DNA of 64,000 nucleotides from Corallococcus sp. AB011P (GTDB lineage Bacteria; Myxococcota; Myxococcia; Myxococcales; Myxococcaceae): NCBI RefSeq assembly GCF_003611605.1, contig NZ_RAVX01000011.1, positions 4,811 to 68,810 of the forward strand, read 5' to 3'. Shown piece by piece: positions 1 to 8,428 of this stretch (position 1 is its first letter; each line of letters starts with the position of its first letter). The notes under the pieces were generated by a model. It saw only the letters and a program-made list of their open reading frames with translations, ran no database searches and was not told where the DNA came from. The position numbers and the translations under genes were made by a program.

Positions 1-1089
1 GAAGTCGCGCACGCTCAACGTCGTCAGCTTCTCGCCGTTGAACTTGAACAACTGCGTGAAGAGCACCGTGCGGATGGGGATGTTCACGCCCACGCCCAGC
101 GTGTCCGTGCCGCTGATGACCTTGAGCAGGCCCTGCTGCGCCAGCTTCTCCACCAGCAGGCGGTACTTGGGCAGCAGGCCCGCGTGGTGCATGCCGATGC
201 CGTGGCGCAGGAAGCGCTGGAAGTCCTTGCCGTAGGGCGTGTCGAAGGGGGCGTCCAGCAGCGCCTGGCGGATCTCCTCCTTCTCCTCCTTCGTGTTGAA
301 GTCCACGGACATCAAATTCTGCGCCTGCTCGGCCGCGGCCCGCTGCGTGAAGTTCACCAGGTACACGGGGTACTTCCCGCGCGCGATGAGGTCCTGGATG
401 GTCTCGTGCAGCGGCACCTCGCGGAAGTCGAAGTCCAGCGGCACGGGGCGCTCGGAGCTGCGCACCGTGGCCACCTCGCGGCCGGTGAGCTTCTCCAGGC
501 TCTGCTCGATGACGTGCGTGTCGCCCAGCGTGGCGGACATCAGCAGGAACTGCGTCTTGGGCAGCGCCAGCAGCGGAATCTGCCAGGCCACCCCGCGCTC
601 CTTGTCGGAGTAGTAGTGGAACTCGTCCATCACCACCGCGTCCACGCGCGCGGAGGCGTCACGCAGCGCGAGGTTCGAAAGAATCTCCGCCGTGCAGCAG
701 AGGATGGGCGCCTCGCGGTTGATGGACGCGTCGCCCGTCAGCATGCCCACGTTCTCCGGGCCGAAGGCCTTGGAGAGCGCGAAGAACTTCTCGTTCACCA
801 GCGCCTTGATGGGGCACGTGTAGAACGACACCTTGCCCTCGGCCATGGCCTTGAAGTGGAGCGCCATGGCCACCAGCGACTTGCCGGAGCCCGTGGGCGT
901 CTTGAGGAACAGGTGCTTGTCGCTCAAGAGCTCCAGGATGGCCTCCTCCTGGGCGGAGTACAGGCTCAGGCCGTTCGTGGCCACGTAGCCCACGAAGCGG
1001 TTGAGGATCTCGTCGGCATCGAGAGGGGGCTCGCCGGGCTTCGGCAGCAGGGCGGCGAGCGGGGCGCGGGTGTCGGCGGAGGCACTCAT
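1..1089 (-). CDS. Superfamily-2 DEAD/DEAH-box helicase (Ski2/Hel308-like), N-terminal about 363 aa; 3' part lies beyond window start
   Basis: Reverse-strand translation from ATG at 1089 reads [19 protein letters not shown]... It contains Walker A TPTGSGKS, a DEFH motif (MDEFHYY), SAT (MSATLG) and a Ski2-like motif [38 protein letters not shown]. It is absent from the ORF track only because it is open at the window edge. Confidence 0.8.
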   Translation of the reverse strand, partial: MSASADTRAPLAALLPKPGEPPLDADEILNRFVGYVATNGLSLYSAQEEAILELLSDKHLFLKTPTGSGKSLVAMALHFKAMAEGKVSFYTCPIKALVNEKFFALSKAFGPENVGMLTGDASINREAPILCCTAEILSNLALRDASARVDAVVMDEFHYYSDKERGVAWQIPLLALPKTQFLLMSATLGDTHVIEQSLEKLTGREVATVRSSERPVPLDFDFREVPLHETIQDLIARGKYPVYLVNFTQRAAAEQAQNLMSVDFNTKEEKEEIRQALLDAPFDTPYGKDFQRFLRHGIGMHHAGLLPKYRLLVEKLAQQGLLKVISGTDTLGVGVNIPIRTVLFTQLFKFNGEKLTTLSVRDF

Positions 1090-1141
1090 CGGCCCTGACT
1101 CTAGGGGTTGGCGCTGGGGCCACCGTGAAAAATCGCGCGGC

Positions 1142-1558
1142 TCAGCGGGAAACGTACAGTCCCACCGCGATGTGACCCTCCGTCAGGGGTCCGCCGGCCG
1201 CAGGGCGCTGCCAGCACACCCGCCCCGCCTGCTCCTGCGACAGGCAGGGCACGTCCGTCACCTCCAGCGAGGCTCCGGCCAGGCGGGCCCTGCGCACGGC
1301 GGCGCTCCGCGTCAGGCCCAGCAGCTCCGGCGCGGGGGGCGGTGTCACCTCGGGGCCCTGCTGGACGAAGAGGGCCCGCACCTCGCCGGGGCCTCCAGGG
1401 GTGAAGTGCATTCCCGTCCCGTCCGCGGTGACCCCGCCGTGCAGCTCCAGCTCCACCGGCCCGAGCACGATGGGGCCGGCGCCGAGCCGCGCCTGGACCC
1501 GCGCGAGCGACTCACGCAGGTCCACCAGCAGGGCCTCCAGGTCGATGGCGTCGCTCAT
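1142..1558 (-). CDS. Small protein with C-terminal PASTA-like domain (operon gene A), no signal peptide
   Basis: ORF 1142..1576. The ATG at 1558 ([11 protein letters not shown]...) is preferred because GGAGG lies 11 nt upstream. The C-terminus [59 protein letters not shown] fits the PASTA pattern. Confidence 0.6.
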   Translation of the reverse strand: MSDAIDLEALLVDLRESLARVQARLGAGPIVLGPVELELHGGVTADGTGMHFTPGGPGEVRALFVQQGPEVTPPPAPELLGLTRSAAVRRARLAGASLEVTDVPCLSQEQAGRVCWQRPAAGGPLTEGHIAVGLYVSR

Positions 1559-1595
1559 CGCGCCAGGGGCCTCCACCGTGGCGTGGCCCCCCGGC

Positions 1596-2252
1596 TCACT
1601 TCAGCGTCCCGGGCGTCGTGGACTCCAGGACGGGCGAGCGGGTGGGGGGGAGCTTCCCGCCCCCGGTGGCTTGCACGGTGAGCACCAGCTCGGTGCCGCG
1701 CGGCAGCAGCGTCCCCGGCTCGGCCGAAGCCGCGGTGACCAAGGCTGCGTCCTTCGCGCCGTCAGGGAACCGGTGGGGCACGCCGATGGCGGACAGCAGC
1801 AGCCGCGCGTCGGCCACCGTCTTGCCCACCACCGCTGGCACCACCACCAGCGCCTCCGCCTGGGGCGAAGGCGGCACCGGCACCACCCGGAACTTCAGCC
1901 GCGACTGCGCCGTCAGGTTGTAGGCGAAGCGGTTGGTGTAGCTGGCGTCCATGGGCGCGCCGTACATCTTCAGCCGCGTCCGTCCATCCGTCCGCTCCTC
2001 CGCGGTGATGGACAGCGCCACGGCGATCTCCGCCTCGGCCTCGGGGATGTGGTACCAGGTCGGCCGGTAGCCGATGCGCTGCAGCTCCACCGCCAGGTCC
2101 TCGTCCGAGGCGTAGAGCTCGCGGATCCGTTCGATGGTCGCCGCGTCCAGCTCCCGCTGCGCCTCCGCCACGCCGCGGCCCACCGACGAGATCAACGCGC
2201 CCAGCGGCGCGCTCAGCGCCTCCAGTTGGGGGACGTCATTCGAATCCGCCAT
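1596..2252 (-). CDS. Paralog-family protein (N-helix AEAQxxLD, C motif FRVVPVPPSP) fused to C-terminal PASTA-like domain (gene B)
   Basis: ATG at 2252 with GGAGG 8 nt upstream, 3-nt gap after gene C stop. N-terminal LGALISSVGRGVAEAQRELD. RLKFRVVPVPPSP is followed by VVGKTVADARLLLSAIGVP...GTLLPRGTELVLTV (PASTA-like). Confidence 0.65.
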   Translation of the reverse strand: MADSNDVPQLEALSAPLGALISSVGRGVAEAQRELDAATIERIRELYASDEDLAVELQRIGYRPTWYHIPEAEAEIAVALSITAEERTDGRTRLKMYGAPMDASYTNRFAYNLTAQSRLKFRVVPVPPSPQAEALVVVPAVVGKTVADARLLLSAIGVPHRFPDGAKDAALVTAASAEPGTLLPRGTELVLTVQATGGGKLPPTRSPVLESTTPGTLK

Positions 2253-2255
2253 GGT

Positions 2256-2987
2256 TCAGCCCTCCATCGCCTGGCCAATGATCAACTGCACGGGGCCCGA
2301 AGCGAGCGGCTTGCCGGGCTCCGGAATCTGCCGCAGCACGCGCCCCCACTGCCCGGGCTCCTTGACGAAGAGCGGCATCAGGTCCACCCGCAGCCCCGCC
2401 TCCGCCGCGCGCCGCCGGGCCGCCGAGGCCGTCAGCCCCAGGAAGCCTGGCACCTCGCGGGCGGGCGCGTCGCCCGGCTCGGGCGCGGCGGGAGACTGCT
2501 CCACGAACTGGGCCTCCGCCTCCGTCACGCCCTCGGGCGTCGTCTCCGTCCACCGCACGCGCACGGTGCTCAACCGCACCGTCGTCAGAGACGCGCGCAC
2601 CGCTTCAATCTGCTGGCCCGCCGACTTCAACTTGTCGGACAGCACCAGGGACGTGGCCTGTTCCTGAGCGGGCTCCTTGGTGGGCTCCACCGCCGCGGAG
2701 GACACGGCGCGGATGCCCTCCCTCGCGGGCTCCAGGACCACCATCGTCCCGTAGTCGATGAGGGTGCTGCTCATCTTCACCGGGAAGGTGGCCACCCCGG
2801 CGGAGTCCAGCCGGAGGTGGGAGCCGAAGGTGGCGCTGGTGACCTCCATCTCCAGCACGCCCTCCTGGTTCGTCACCCCGGTGTCGCGCAGCTCGAAGGT
2901 GCCCGCCTTCGCGGGGACCCACCACGCCACCTTCATTCCCGCCACGGGGACTCCCGTGGCCTTGTGGAACACGGCCCGGACCTTCAT
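2256..2987 (-). CDS. Protein with carboxypeptidase-regulatory-like beta-sandwich N-domain and C-terminal PASTA-like domain (gene C)
   Basis: Internal ATG of ORF 2256..3281 gives MKVRAVFHKATGVPVAGMKVAWWVPAKAGTFELRDTG... The ATG 2987-2985 overlaps the gene D stop 2986-2984 (ATGA). C-terminus FLGLTASAARRRAAEAGLRVDLMPLFVKEPGQWGRVLRQIPEPGKPLASGPVQLIIG. Confidence 0.6.
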   Translation of the reverse strand: MKVRAVFHKATGVPVAGMKVAWWVPAKAGTFELRDTGVTNQEGVLEMEVTSATFGSHLRLDSAGVATFPVKMSSTLIDYGTMVVLEPAREGIRAVSSAAVEPTKEPAQEQATSLVLSDKLKSAGQQIEAVRASLTTVRLSTVRVRWTETTPEGVTEAEAQFVEQSPAAPEPGDAPAREVPGFLGLTASAARRRAAEAGLRVDLMPLFVKEPGQWGRVLRQIPEPGKPLASGPVQLIIGQAMEG

Positions 2988-3649
2988 CGAGGCACCTCGC
3001 AGGACAGCGCCAGCGTCCGCGACGCGGCATCCACCGTGAGCGCCAGGATGCGGGCCTGCTCGCCGGCCGCCACGCGCAGCGTCGTCCGCGCCTCCCCGGC
3101 CGCGTCCGTCCTCACCACCGCGAGCACCACGTCCGTGCCCGCCAGCGGCGCCACGCCGGACAGCGACTGCGTCGTCCGCCGGTCCAGGTTGAACTCCACC
3201 TCCACGCCCGGCAGGGCCTCGCCCGCCGCGTTGCGCACGCGCACCACCACGCCCGGCACGCCCCCGTCGCCGATGACGCACCGGGCGTCCAGCACCACGG
3301 GAGGCAGGCCCTCGTTGGCCGGCACCGCGACGAAGCTGCCGCGGATCACGCTGACGATCTCCGTCTTCGTCTGCGAAGAGGCCACGTCCGCCAGCCGCAC
3401 GGGCCGCATCTTCAGGATCTTCCCGGTGGCCACCGGTCCGGTGGTGGTGGTGGACGTCTCCACGCGCAGGTCCATCCGCAGCTCGAACTCCAGCTTCGGC
3501 ACGTAGTAGGTGAACTGGCGGCCGGGGGCGCCGGCCGCGGAGATGCCCCCCAGCTCCTGCTGGGCCTTCGCCAGGCCGTCGGCCAGCTCGAGCAGGTACT
3601 CGTCCAGCGTGCCGAACAACTCCTGCGCCTGCTGTGTCGTGTCACTCAT
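2984..3649 (-). CDS. Paralog-family-related protein (N-helix LELADGLAKAQQEL, beta-hairpin FTYYVPKLEFELRMDL, CarbopepD_reg-like C-part) (gene D)
   Basis: ORF 2984..3688. ATG at 3649 (MSDTTQQAQELFGTLDEYLLELADGLAKAQQELG) overlaps the gene E stop by 8 nt. It contains GVVVRVRNAAGEALPGVEVEF. Confidence 0.55.
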   Translation of the reverse strand: MSDTTQQAQELFGTLDEYLLELADGLAKAQQELGGISAAGAPGRQFTYYVPKLEFELRMDLRVETSTTTTGPVATGKILKMRPVRLADVASSQTKTEIVSVIRGSFVAVPANEGLPPVVLDARCVIGDGGVPGVVVRVRNAAGEALPGVEVEFNLDRRTTQSLSGVAPLAGTDVVLAVVRTDAAGEARTTLRVAAGEQARILALTVDAASRTLALSCEVPR

Positions 3650-4592
3650 CCCGCGCTCCCTGGCGCCCGCGTTCCCGCCGCGCGTCACGTGCCGTGTCGC
3701 GTGCGTCCATGTCGTCCATGCCCATGCCGGCGCGCTCCATCTCCATGTCCATCCGCTGCTCCATGGACTCCATGTCCATGCCGGCCATCGCCAGTCCGCG
3801 CATCATCAGGGCCTCGGTGTCCATCGAGCGGGGATCCATCCCCCGAAGCTCGCGCGCCACCGCCACCCCCTTCTCCACCTTCCCTACCGTGAGCCCGCCG
3901 CGCCCCACCAGGGCCCGGCCCACCTGCCCGAGCGAGGGCAGCGCCTGGCCCTTCTCCAGCGCGAGGGGCTTGCGCGCCGCCGAACGCGCCTCCTCCGCCG
4001 CGTCCGACAGCCGCCGGGTCGCGGACCCCAGCTCGCCCAGGGTCATGCGCCCCCGGCCCGGAGACTCCAGGACGCGCTGCGCCAGCCGCGTCGCCAGCTT
4101 CGCGCGCTCACGCGCCTTGCGCGCCCACTGCTGGCGCAGCGTCTGCTGCTTCTGCGCCTGACGCCGGGCCGCCTTCCCCGTCTCCAGGCGCTCGCGGCGC
4201 AGTGCCTCCACCCGCTCGGCCTCCTCCGCCTCCGTCCGGCGCCGGGCGTACAGCTTCTGCTCCAGCAGCCGCCGCGCGGTGTCCCGCTCGTGCTGCTTGC
4301 GCTCCGCGATGCGCGACTCCGGCGTGTGCTGGACGACGGGGAACTGCTTCGCCAGCCGCTCGTCCACGGGCGCTTCCTGCACGCCGCTCAGCGCCTTCAT
4401 CGTGTCTTCGAGCTGCCGGCGCTCCTTCAGCAGCGCCGCCAGCTCCGGGTCGCTGGCGGCCACCTGCTCCAGCGAGGGCACGGGCGCCGCCGCGGACGTG
4501 TCCGCTCCCGGAACAGGAGCGGACGCACCAGCGTCGTCGGGGGCCCCGGCGGCGTCCTCCTCGAGCAGGTCTTCCCAACGGACGTGTGACAT
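3642..4592 (-). CDS. Charged coiled-coil protein with Met/Asp-rich C-terminal tail (gene E)
   Basis: ATG at 4592 with GGAGG 11 nt upstream. It is R/E/K-rich heptad-like (ERRQLEDTMKAL...RRERLETGKAARRQAQKQQTLRQQWARKARER) and ends MDTEALMMRGLAMAGMDMESMEQRMDMEMERAGMGMDDMDARD. Confidence 0.55.
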   Translation of the reverse strand: MSHVRWEDLLEEDAAGAPDDAGASAPVPGADTSAAAPVPSLEQVAASDPELAALLKERRQLEDTMKALSGVQEAPVDERLAKQFPVVQHTPESRIAERKQHERDTARRLLEQKLYARRRTEAEEAERVEALRRERLETGKAARRQAQKQQTLRQQWARKARERAKLATRLAQRVLESPGRGRMTLGELGSATRRLSDAAEEARSAARKPLALEKGQALPSLGQVGRALVGRGGLTVGKVEKGVAVARELRGMDPRSMDTEALMMRGLAMAGMDMESMEQRMDMEMERAGMGMDDMDARDTARDARRERGRQGARDE

Positions 4593-4611
4593 GCGCCGCG
4601 CCCCTCCTTCG

Positions 4612-5202
4612 TCAGGTGACGTTGCCCACGGCGGTGTCGATCTTCCCGCTGACGGCCTCGCCCTCCGCGGTGCCCTTGAGGCTCTTGGCGATCTCCGCGC
4701 AGATCTGCTGGAGCGCCGCGGGCGGGGGGATGGGCACCAGCTTGGTGCGGATGAGGCTCGAGCCCTCGGCGGAATAGCTGTACTTCTGCGAGTGCTTGGC
4801 CGTGACGGTGGTGACGTGGCTCTTGTGGCCCTTCACCAGCGTGGTGAGGATGCCCTTGTCGCGGTCCACCTTGCGGTCGCGCGTCTGGGTCGAGTCGTCC
4901 GTGGACTCGTGCATGGAGATCTCCATCTTCACTTCGATGATGGTCTCCACGAACTGGTAGAACGTGGGCGTGAAGCCGAGCAGGAGCAGCGGGTACTCGG
5001 TGGTCCCCAGCTTCACGAAGCCGGCCCCGTCCCGCACGGCGTTGCCGCTGTCGTCGATGCGGTAGCCCGCCATGAGCTGGGCGATCTTCAGCGATGAGCT
5101 GTCCAGCGCGTACTGGGCATCCGCGATGGCGTTGCCCAGGTTGCGGACCATCTCCCCGAAGGGGACGTTGAGCAGATCCTGACCAATGGAGTTGGTGGGC
5201 AT
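4612..5202 (-). CDS. Paralog-family protein F (conserved N- and C-terminal motifs)
   Basis: ATG at 5202. N-terminal MPTNSIGQDLLNVPFGEMVRNLGNAIADAQYALD; hairpin FYQFVETIIEVKMEI; C-terminal YSYSAEGSSLIRTKLVPIPPPA. It is 69% G+C3-biased coding. Confidence 0.7.
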   Translation of the reverse strand: MPTNSIGQDLLNVPFGEMVRNLGNAIADAQYALDSSSLKIAQLMAGYRIDDSGNAVRDGAGFVKLGTTEYPLLLLGFTPTFYQFVETIIEVKMEISMHESTDDSTQTRDRKVDRDKGILTTLVKGHKSHVTTVTAKHSQKYSYSAEGSSLIRTKLVPIPPPAALQQICAEIAKSLKGTAEGEAVSGKIDTAVGNVT

Positions 5203-5220
5203 GGTGCGCGCGCTCCCGGG

Positions 5221-5793
5221 CTACTTCGTGGTGGGCGTGGTGCCGGCCCTGGACGCGATGAGCGCGCGAACCCGCTCCTCGAAGAGGGCCGGCGGAGGCA
5301 CCGGCACCAGCTTGGTGCGCAGCAGGCTGGAGCCCTCCACGCTGTAGTCGTACTTGCGCGTGTAGCTGGCATCCACGGTCGTCACCACGGCCTGGGGCGC
5401 GCCGCCGCGCTTGAAGAGGCGCAGCCCGCCGGCCGTCCGCGTGGTGGACTGCATCGCCACCTTGCTCTCCGTGCTCTCCGTCATCTTGATGGCGATCTTC
5501 ACCTCGATGATGGTGTCCACGAACTGGTAGAAGTTGGGCGCGAAGCCCAGCTCCATCATGGACGAGGGCGTGCCCGCGAAGGACACCTTGGTGTCCACCC
5601 GGATGGGCTTGCCGGAGCCGTCCAGTTGGATGTTCCCGTCGGCGTCCCGCAGCAGCGCCTCGCCGCTCATCATCTCCGCGACGAGCATCCCGCTCTTGTC
5701 CAGCTCGAGCTGCGCCTCGGCGATGGCGGTCGCCATCTCACGAATCATGTCCCCCATGGGGACGTTCAGCAGTTCCTGACCGACGTTGGGCAT
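5221..5793 (-). CDS. Paralog-family protein G
   Basis: The internal ATG 5793 of ORF 5221..5955 gives MPNVGQELLNVPMGDMIREMATAIAEAQLELD, FYQFVDTIIEVKIAI and YDYSVEGSSLLRTKLVPVPPPA. The longer ORF N-terminus is Pro/Arg-rich shadow overlapping gene H. Confidence 0.7.
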   Translation of the reverse strand: MPNVGQELLNVPMGDMIREMATAIAEAQLELDKSGMLVAEMMSGEALLRDADGNIQLDGSGKPIRVDTKVSFAGTPSSMMELGFAPNFYQFVDTIIEVKIAIKMTESTESKVAMQSTTRTAGGLRLFKRGGAPQAVVTTVDASYTRKYDYSVEGSSLLRTKLVPVPPPALFEERVRALIASRAGTTPTTK

Positions 5794-5815
5794 GGTGTCT
5801 GGGTCCTTGCGCGCT

Positions 5816-6319
5816 TCAGGCGGGAGTGTTGGTGGAGGCCGCGGGGACGGGCGGCTGGGCGGCGATCTCGTTGAGCAGCTGGTGCAGGCGCGCGGGCGGG
5901 GGCAGCGACACCAGCCGCGCGGCGATGGAGCTGGCGCCCTGCACCTCGAAGCCATACTTGCGGCTGTACTCGGCGTTGACCGTCACGGAGAAGACGCCGG
6001 CCATGCCGCCCGTCACGCCGCCGCCCACGGAGAACTCCGTGGACTCGCGGATGGTGAAGGTGAGCTTCGCCTCGAGCGTGGCCTCGGCAAAGGCGTAGAA
6101 CGTGGGCGTGAAGCCGAGCGCGAGCAGGCTCCACAGCTGCCCGTCGCCCAGGTCCACGGTGCGCTCGGACATGCGCTTCGCGATGTCCAGCGAGTTGACG
6201 TCCAGCGCGTGCTGCGCGTCCGCCACCGCGCGCCCGAGCCGCTCGATGAGCTCCGGCAGCGGCGCGTCCAGCACCGTCATCATCGCGCGCTGGCCCTGCG
6301 TGGTGTTGTTTCCTGGCAT
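5816..6319 (-). CDS. Paralog-family protein H
   Basis: ATG 6319 with AAGGAGG 5 nt upstream. LPELIERLGRAVADAQHALD; FYAFAEATLEAKLTF; YGFEVQGASSIAARLVSLPPPA. Confidence 0.7.
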   Translation of the reverse strand: MPGNNTTQGQRAMMTVLDAPLPELIERLGRAVADAQHALDVNSLDIAKRMSERTVDLGDGQLWSLLALGFTPTFYAFAEATLEAKLTFTIRESTEFSVGGGVTGGMAGVFSVTVNAEYSRKYGFEVQGASSIAARLVSLPPPARLHQLLNEIAAQPPVPAASTNTPA

Positions 6320-6328
6320 GGGGCCTCC

Positions 6329-8425
6329 TTACGGGTACCAGCGCTGGAGGTAGTCGCCGATGGCCTGGAGGAACTGGGGCGGCGCGGGCACCGCCACCAG
6401 GCGGGCCTTGATGGTCGAGCTGCCGGACACGCTCAGCTCGTACTTCACGGCCAGGTGCGCATCCACGTTGAGGGCGCGCAGCTCGCGCTCGGAGCTCTCC
6501 TCGCGGTCCGCGGACGGCTTGCCGGCGATGCGGTTGGCCGACAGCAGGAAGGCGGCGGGGTTGCTGGTGCCCAGCATGGTGCCGGAGGGGCCGGAGACGG
6601 TGACGATGTTGCCCGCGGACTGGGCCTGGAGGCCCGCGGCCAGCAGGCCGGAGCTGGAGCCCGCCGTGATGGCGGCGGCCAGGTTGCGCGCCGTGTCCGC
6701 GGCCGTCACCCCCAGCGTGAACTGCCCGGGCTGCGGGGCGACGCCGGTCTCCACGGCCACCAGCTGCACGTTGTCGATGACGACGGTGTCGCGCGGCTGG
6801 GGCGAGGCCGGCGGGCGGCCGTCGCCGAAGCGGCGGGCCACGCGGATGGAGCCCGCGGCGGACAGGACCGGCGCGGTGGGCGTGCGCGCGAACAGGGTGA
6901 ACAGGGCGTGGTCACCGGTGCCGTACAGGTAGACGCGGTCCCCGCGCGCGAAGGCGCCGAAGGCGGTGTTGGCGTTGGCGTCGCGGATGGCGCGGGCCAG
7001 GTTGGCGGCGGTGGACTCGGCGGTGGCGCCCACCGCGAAGGTGGTGCCCTGGGAGGCGGTGCCCTGGGTGAAGTCCGTGCCGCGGAAGGTGACGACGGCC
7101 GTGGTGGGCGCGTTCGCCGCGGCGCGCGTGCGCGGCACGATGCGGGCCTCCCGGTCCGCGCCCGTGGGGTCGAAGGCGGCCGTGGCCGCGACGGTGCGGG
7201 CCACCAGCGCCGCAGGCACGCCGGCGAACTTGAAGACGACGCGCCGGTTGGCCGCCAGGTCGGAGCCGCTGAAGTCGACCGTCGCGCCCATGCCCCGGGC
7301 CGTGAGCCTGCTGGCCGCCACGCCCCGCGACGTCAGCGCCCGCAGGACGTAGTCCGCGCGCTTCTGCGACAGGCGCTGGTTGTAGCCAGGGGCCGGCGGG
7401 GTGCGCAGGTCCGCCCAGCCCTCCAGCACCAGCGAGGCGGACGGATTCTCCGCCAGCAGCGCCGCCACCGCGTCGAGCACGGCGGAGGGCTCGCGGTCCG
7501 TGCCGTAGGTGGTGGTGGGCACGTCGTGGATGTCGGTGTCGAAGTAGAGGGCCCGGTTGCAGTCAGCGCCGGAGACGACGACGAAGGCCGCCGGGTCCAC
7601 CTGCTGGCCAATGTCCGCCAGCGCCGCGCCCACCGTCGCCGCGGTGCTGGTGTAGCGCGTGCCGTTGGTGGCCGGCAGCAGCAGCGCGGGCGCGGGCGTC
7701 ACGCTGCCCAGCCGCGCGATGACCAGGTTGTCGCCGGGCGCCGCCTGCGGCGAGGTGCGCACGGTGATGACCGAGCGGTTGATGGCGTAGAGGTCCGGGC
7801 GGGTGGTGCTGGCGGTGACGCCCGACTGCATCTCCCAGTCCATGAAGACGCCGCCCAGGTCTCCCGCGGCCTGGTTGGTCCAGGAGGAGTTGTTGCGCAG
7901 GGCCACGAGCAGCTCCTGCGCCGTCTCCCACAGCGTGTCCTGGCGGGCGACGGGCAGGCCGGTGCTGTTGGGCCCCACGCCGCCGTCCAGCGCGTAGCTG
8001 GTGGTGCCCACCGTGAGGTGGCCCGGCGCGTTGGCCACCAACGCCAGACACGCGTACGGGGGAATGCCCTCGCCGTCCTGCACGGTGAGGGTGGCGCTGC
8101 CGCTGGCGGAGGACGTCTCGAGGCTGTACTCGCTCGACTCGTTCTCCCGGTCGTAGTTGAAGTTGACGTCCACGTCGACGGTGGTCGAGTAGTAGACGTT
8201 GAGGTTCACCTCCAGGTCGGCGTACTGGAAGTGGTAGAAGGCCGGCCGCAGCCCCAGCGACAGCAGGTTCTGCGTCATGCCCGGCAGGACGGTCTGCCCC
8301 ATGCGCAGCGTCTGATCCACGCTGTTGGTGTCCAGCTTGGTCTGGGCCTCGGCGATGGCGAGCCCCATGTCCCGGATGAAATCGGAGATGTTGAGATCCG
8401 CGAGGATCTTCCCTGCTTTCGGCAT
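6329..8425 (-). CDS. Large paralog-family protein I with embedded OmpA-like peptidoglycan-binding domain (about aa 305-400, nt about 7226-7513)
   Basis: ATG 8425. N-terminal ISDFIRDMGLAIAEAQTKLD, FYHFQYADLEVNLNV. OmpA C-like block SASLVLEGWADLRTPPAPGYNQRLSQKRADYVLRALTSRGVAASRLTARGMGA...ANRRVVFKF. The C-terminus YELSVSGSSTIKARLVAVPAPPQFLQ matches the family C-motif. Confidence 0.7.
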   Translation of the reverse strand: MPKAGKILADLNISDFIRDMGLAIAEAQTKLDTNSVDQTLRMGQTVLPGMTQNLLSLGLRPAFYHFQYADLEVNLNVYYSTTVDVDVNFNYDRENESSEYSLETSSASGSATLTVQDGEGIPPYACLALVANAPGHLTVGTTSYALDGGVGPNSTGLPVARQDTLWETAQELLVALRNNSSWTNQAAGDLGGVFMDWEMQSGVTASTTRPDLYAINRSVITVRTSPQAAPGDNLVIARLGSVTPAPALLLPATNGTRYTSTAATVGAALADIGQQVDPAAFVVVSGADCNRALYFDTDIHDVPTTTYGTDREPSAVLDAVAALLAENPSASLVLEGWADLRTPPAPGYNQRLSQKRADYVLRALTSRGVAASRLTARGMGATVDFSGSDLAANRRVVFKFAGVPAALVARTVAATAAFDPTGADREARIVPRTRAAANAPTTAVVTFRGTDFTQGTASQGTTFAVGATAESTAANLARAIRDANANTAFGAFARGDRVYLYGTGDHALFTLFARTPTAPVLSAAGSIRVARRFGDGRPPASPQPRDTVVIDNVQLVAVETGVAPQPGQFTLGVTAADTARNLAAAITAGSSSGLLAAGLQAQSAGNIVTVSGPSGTMLGTSNPAAFLLSANRIAGKPSADREESSERELRALNVDAHLAVKYELSVSGSSTIKARLVAVPAPPQFLQAIGDYLQRWYP

Positions 8426-8428
8426 GGT

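Noticed and set aside
184-1098. 304-aa plus-strand ORF (and 1401..3506, 3510..4589, 5786..8443) rich in R/G/L/H/A
   Set aside because: These are antisense shadows of the helicase and operon genes. They have no motifs and low-complexity composition, and the real genes on the opposite strand have clear domains, RBS sites and coupling.
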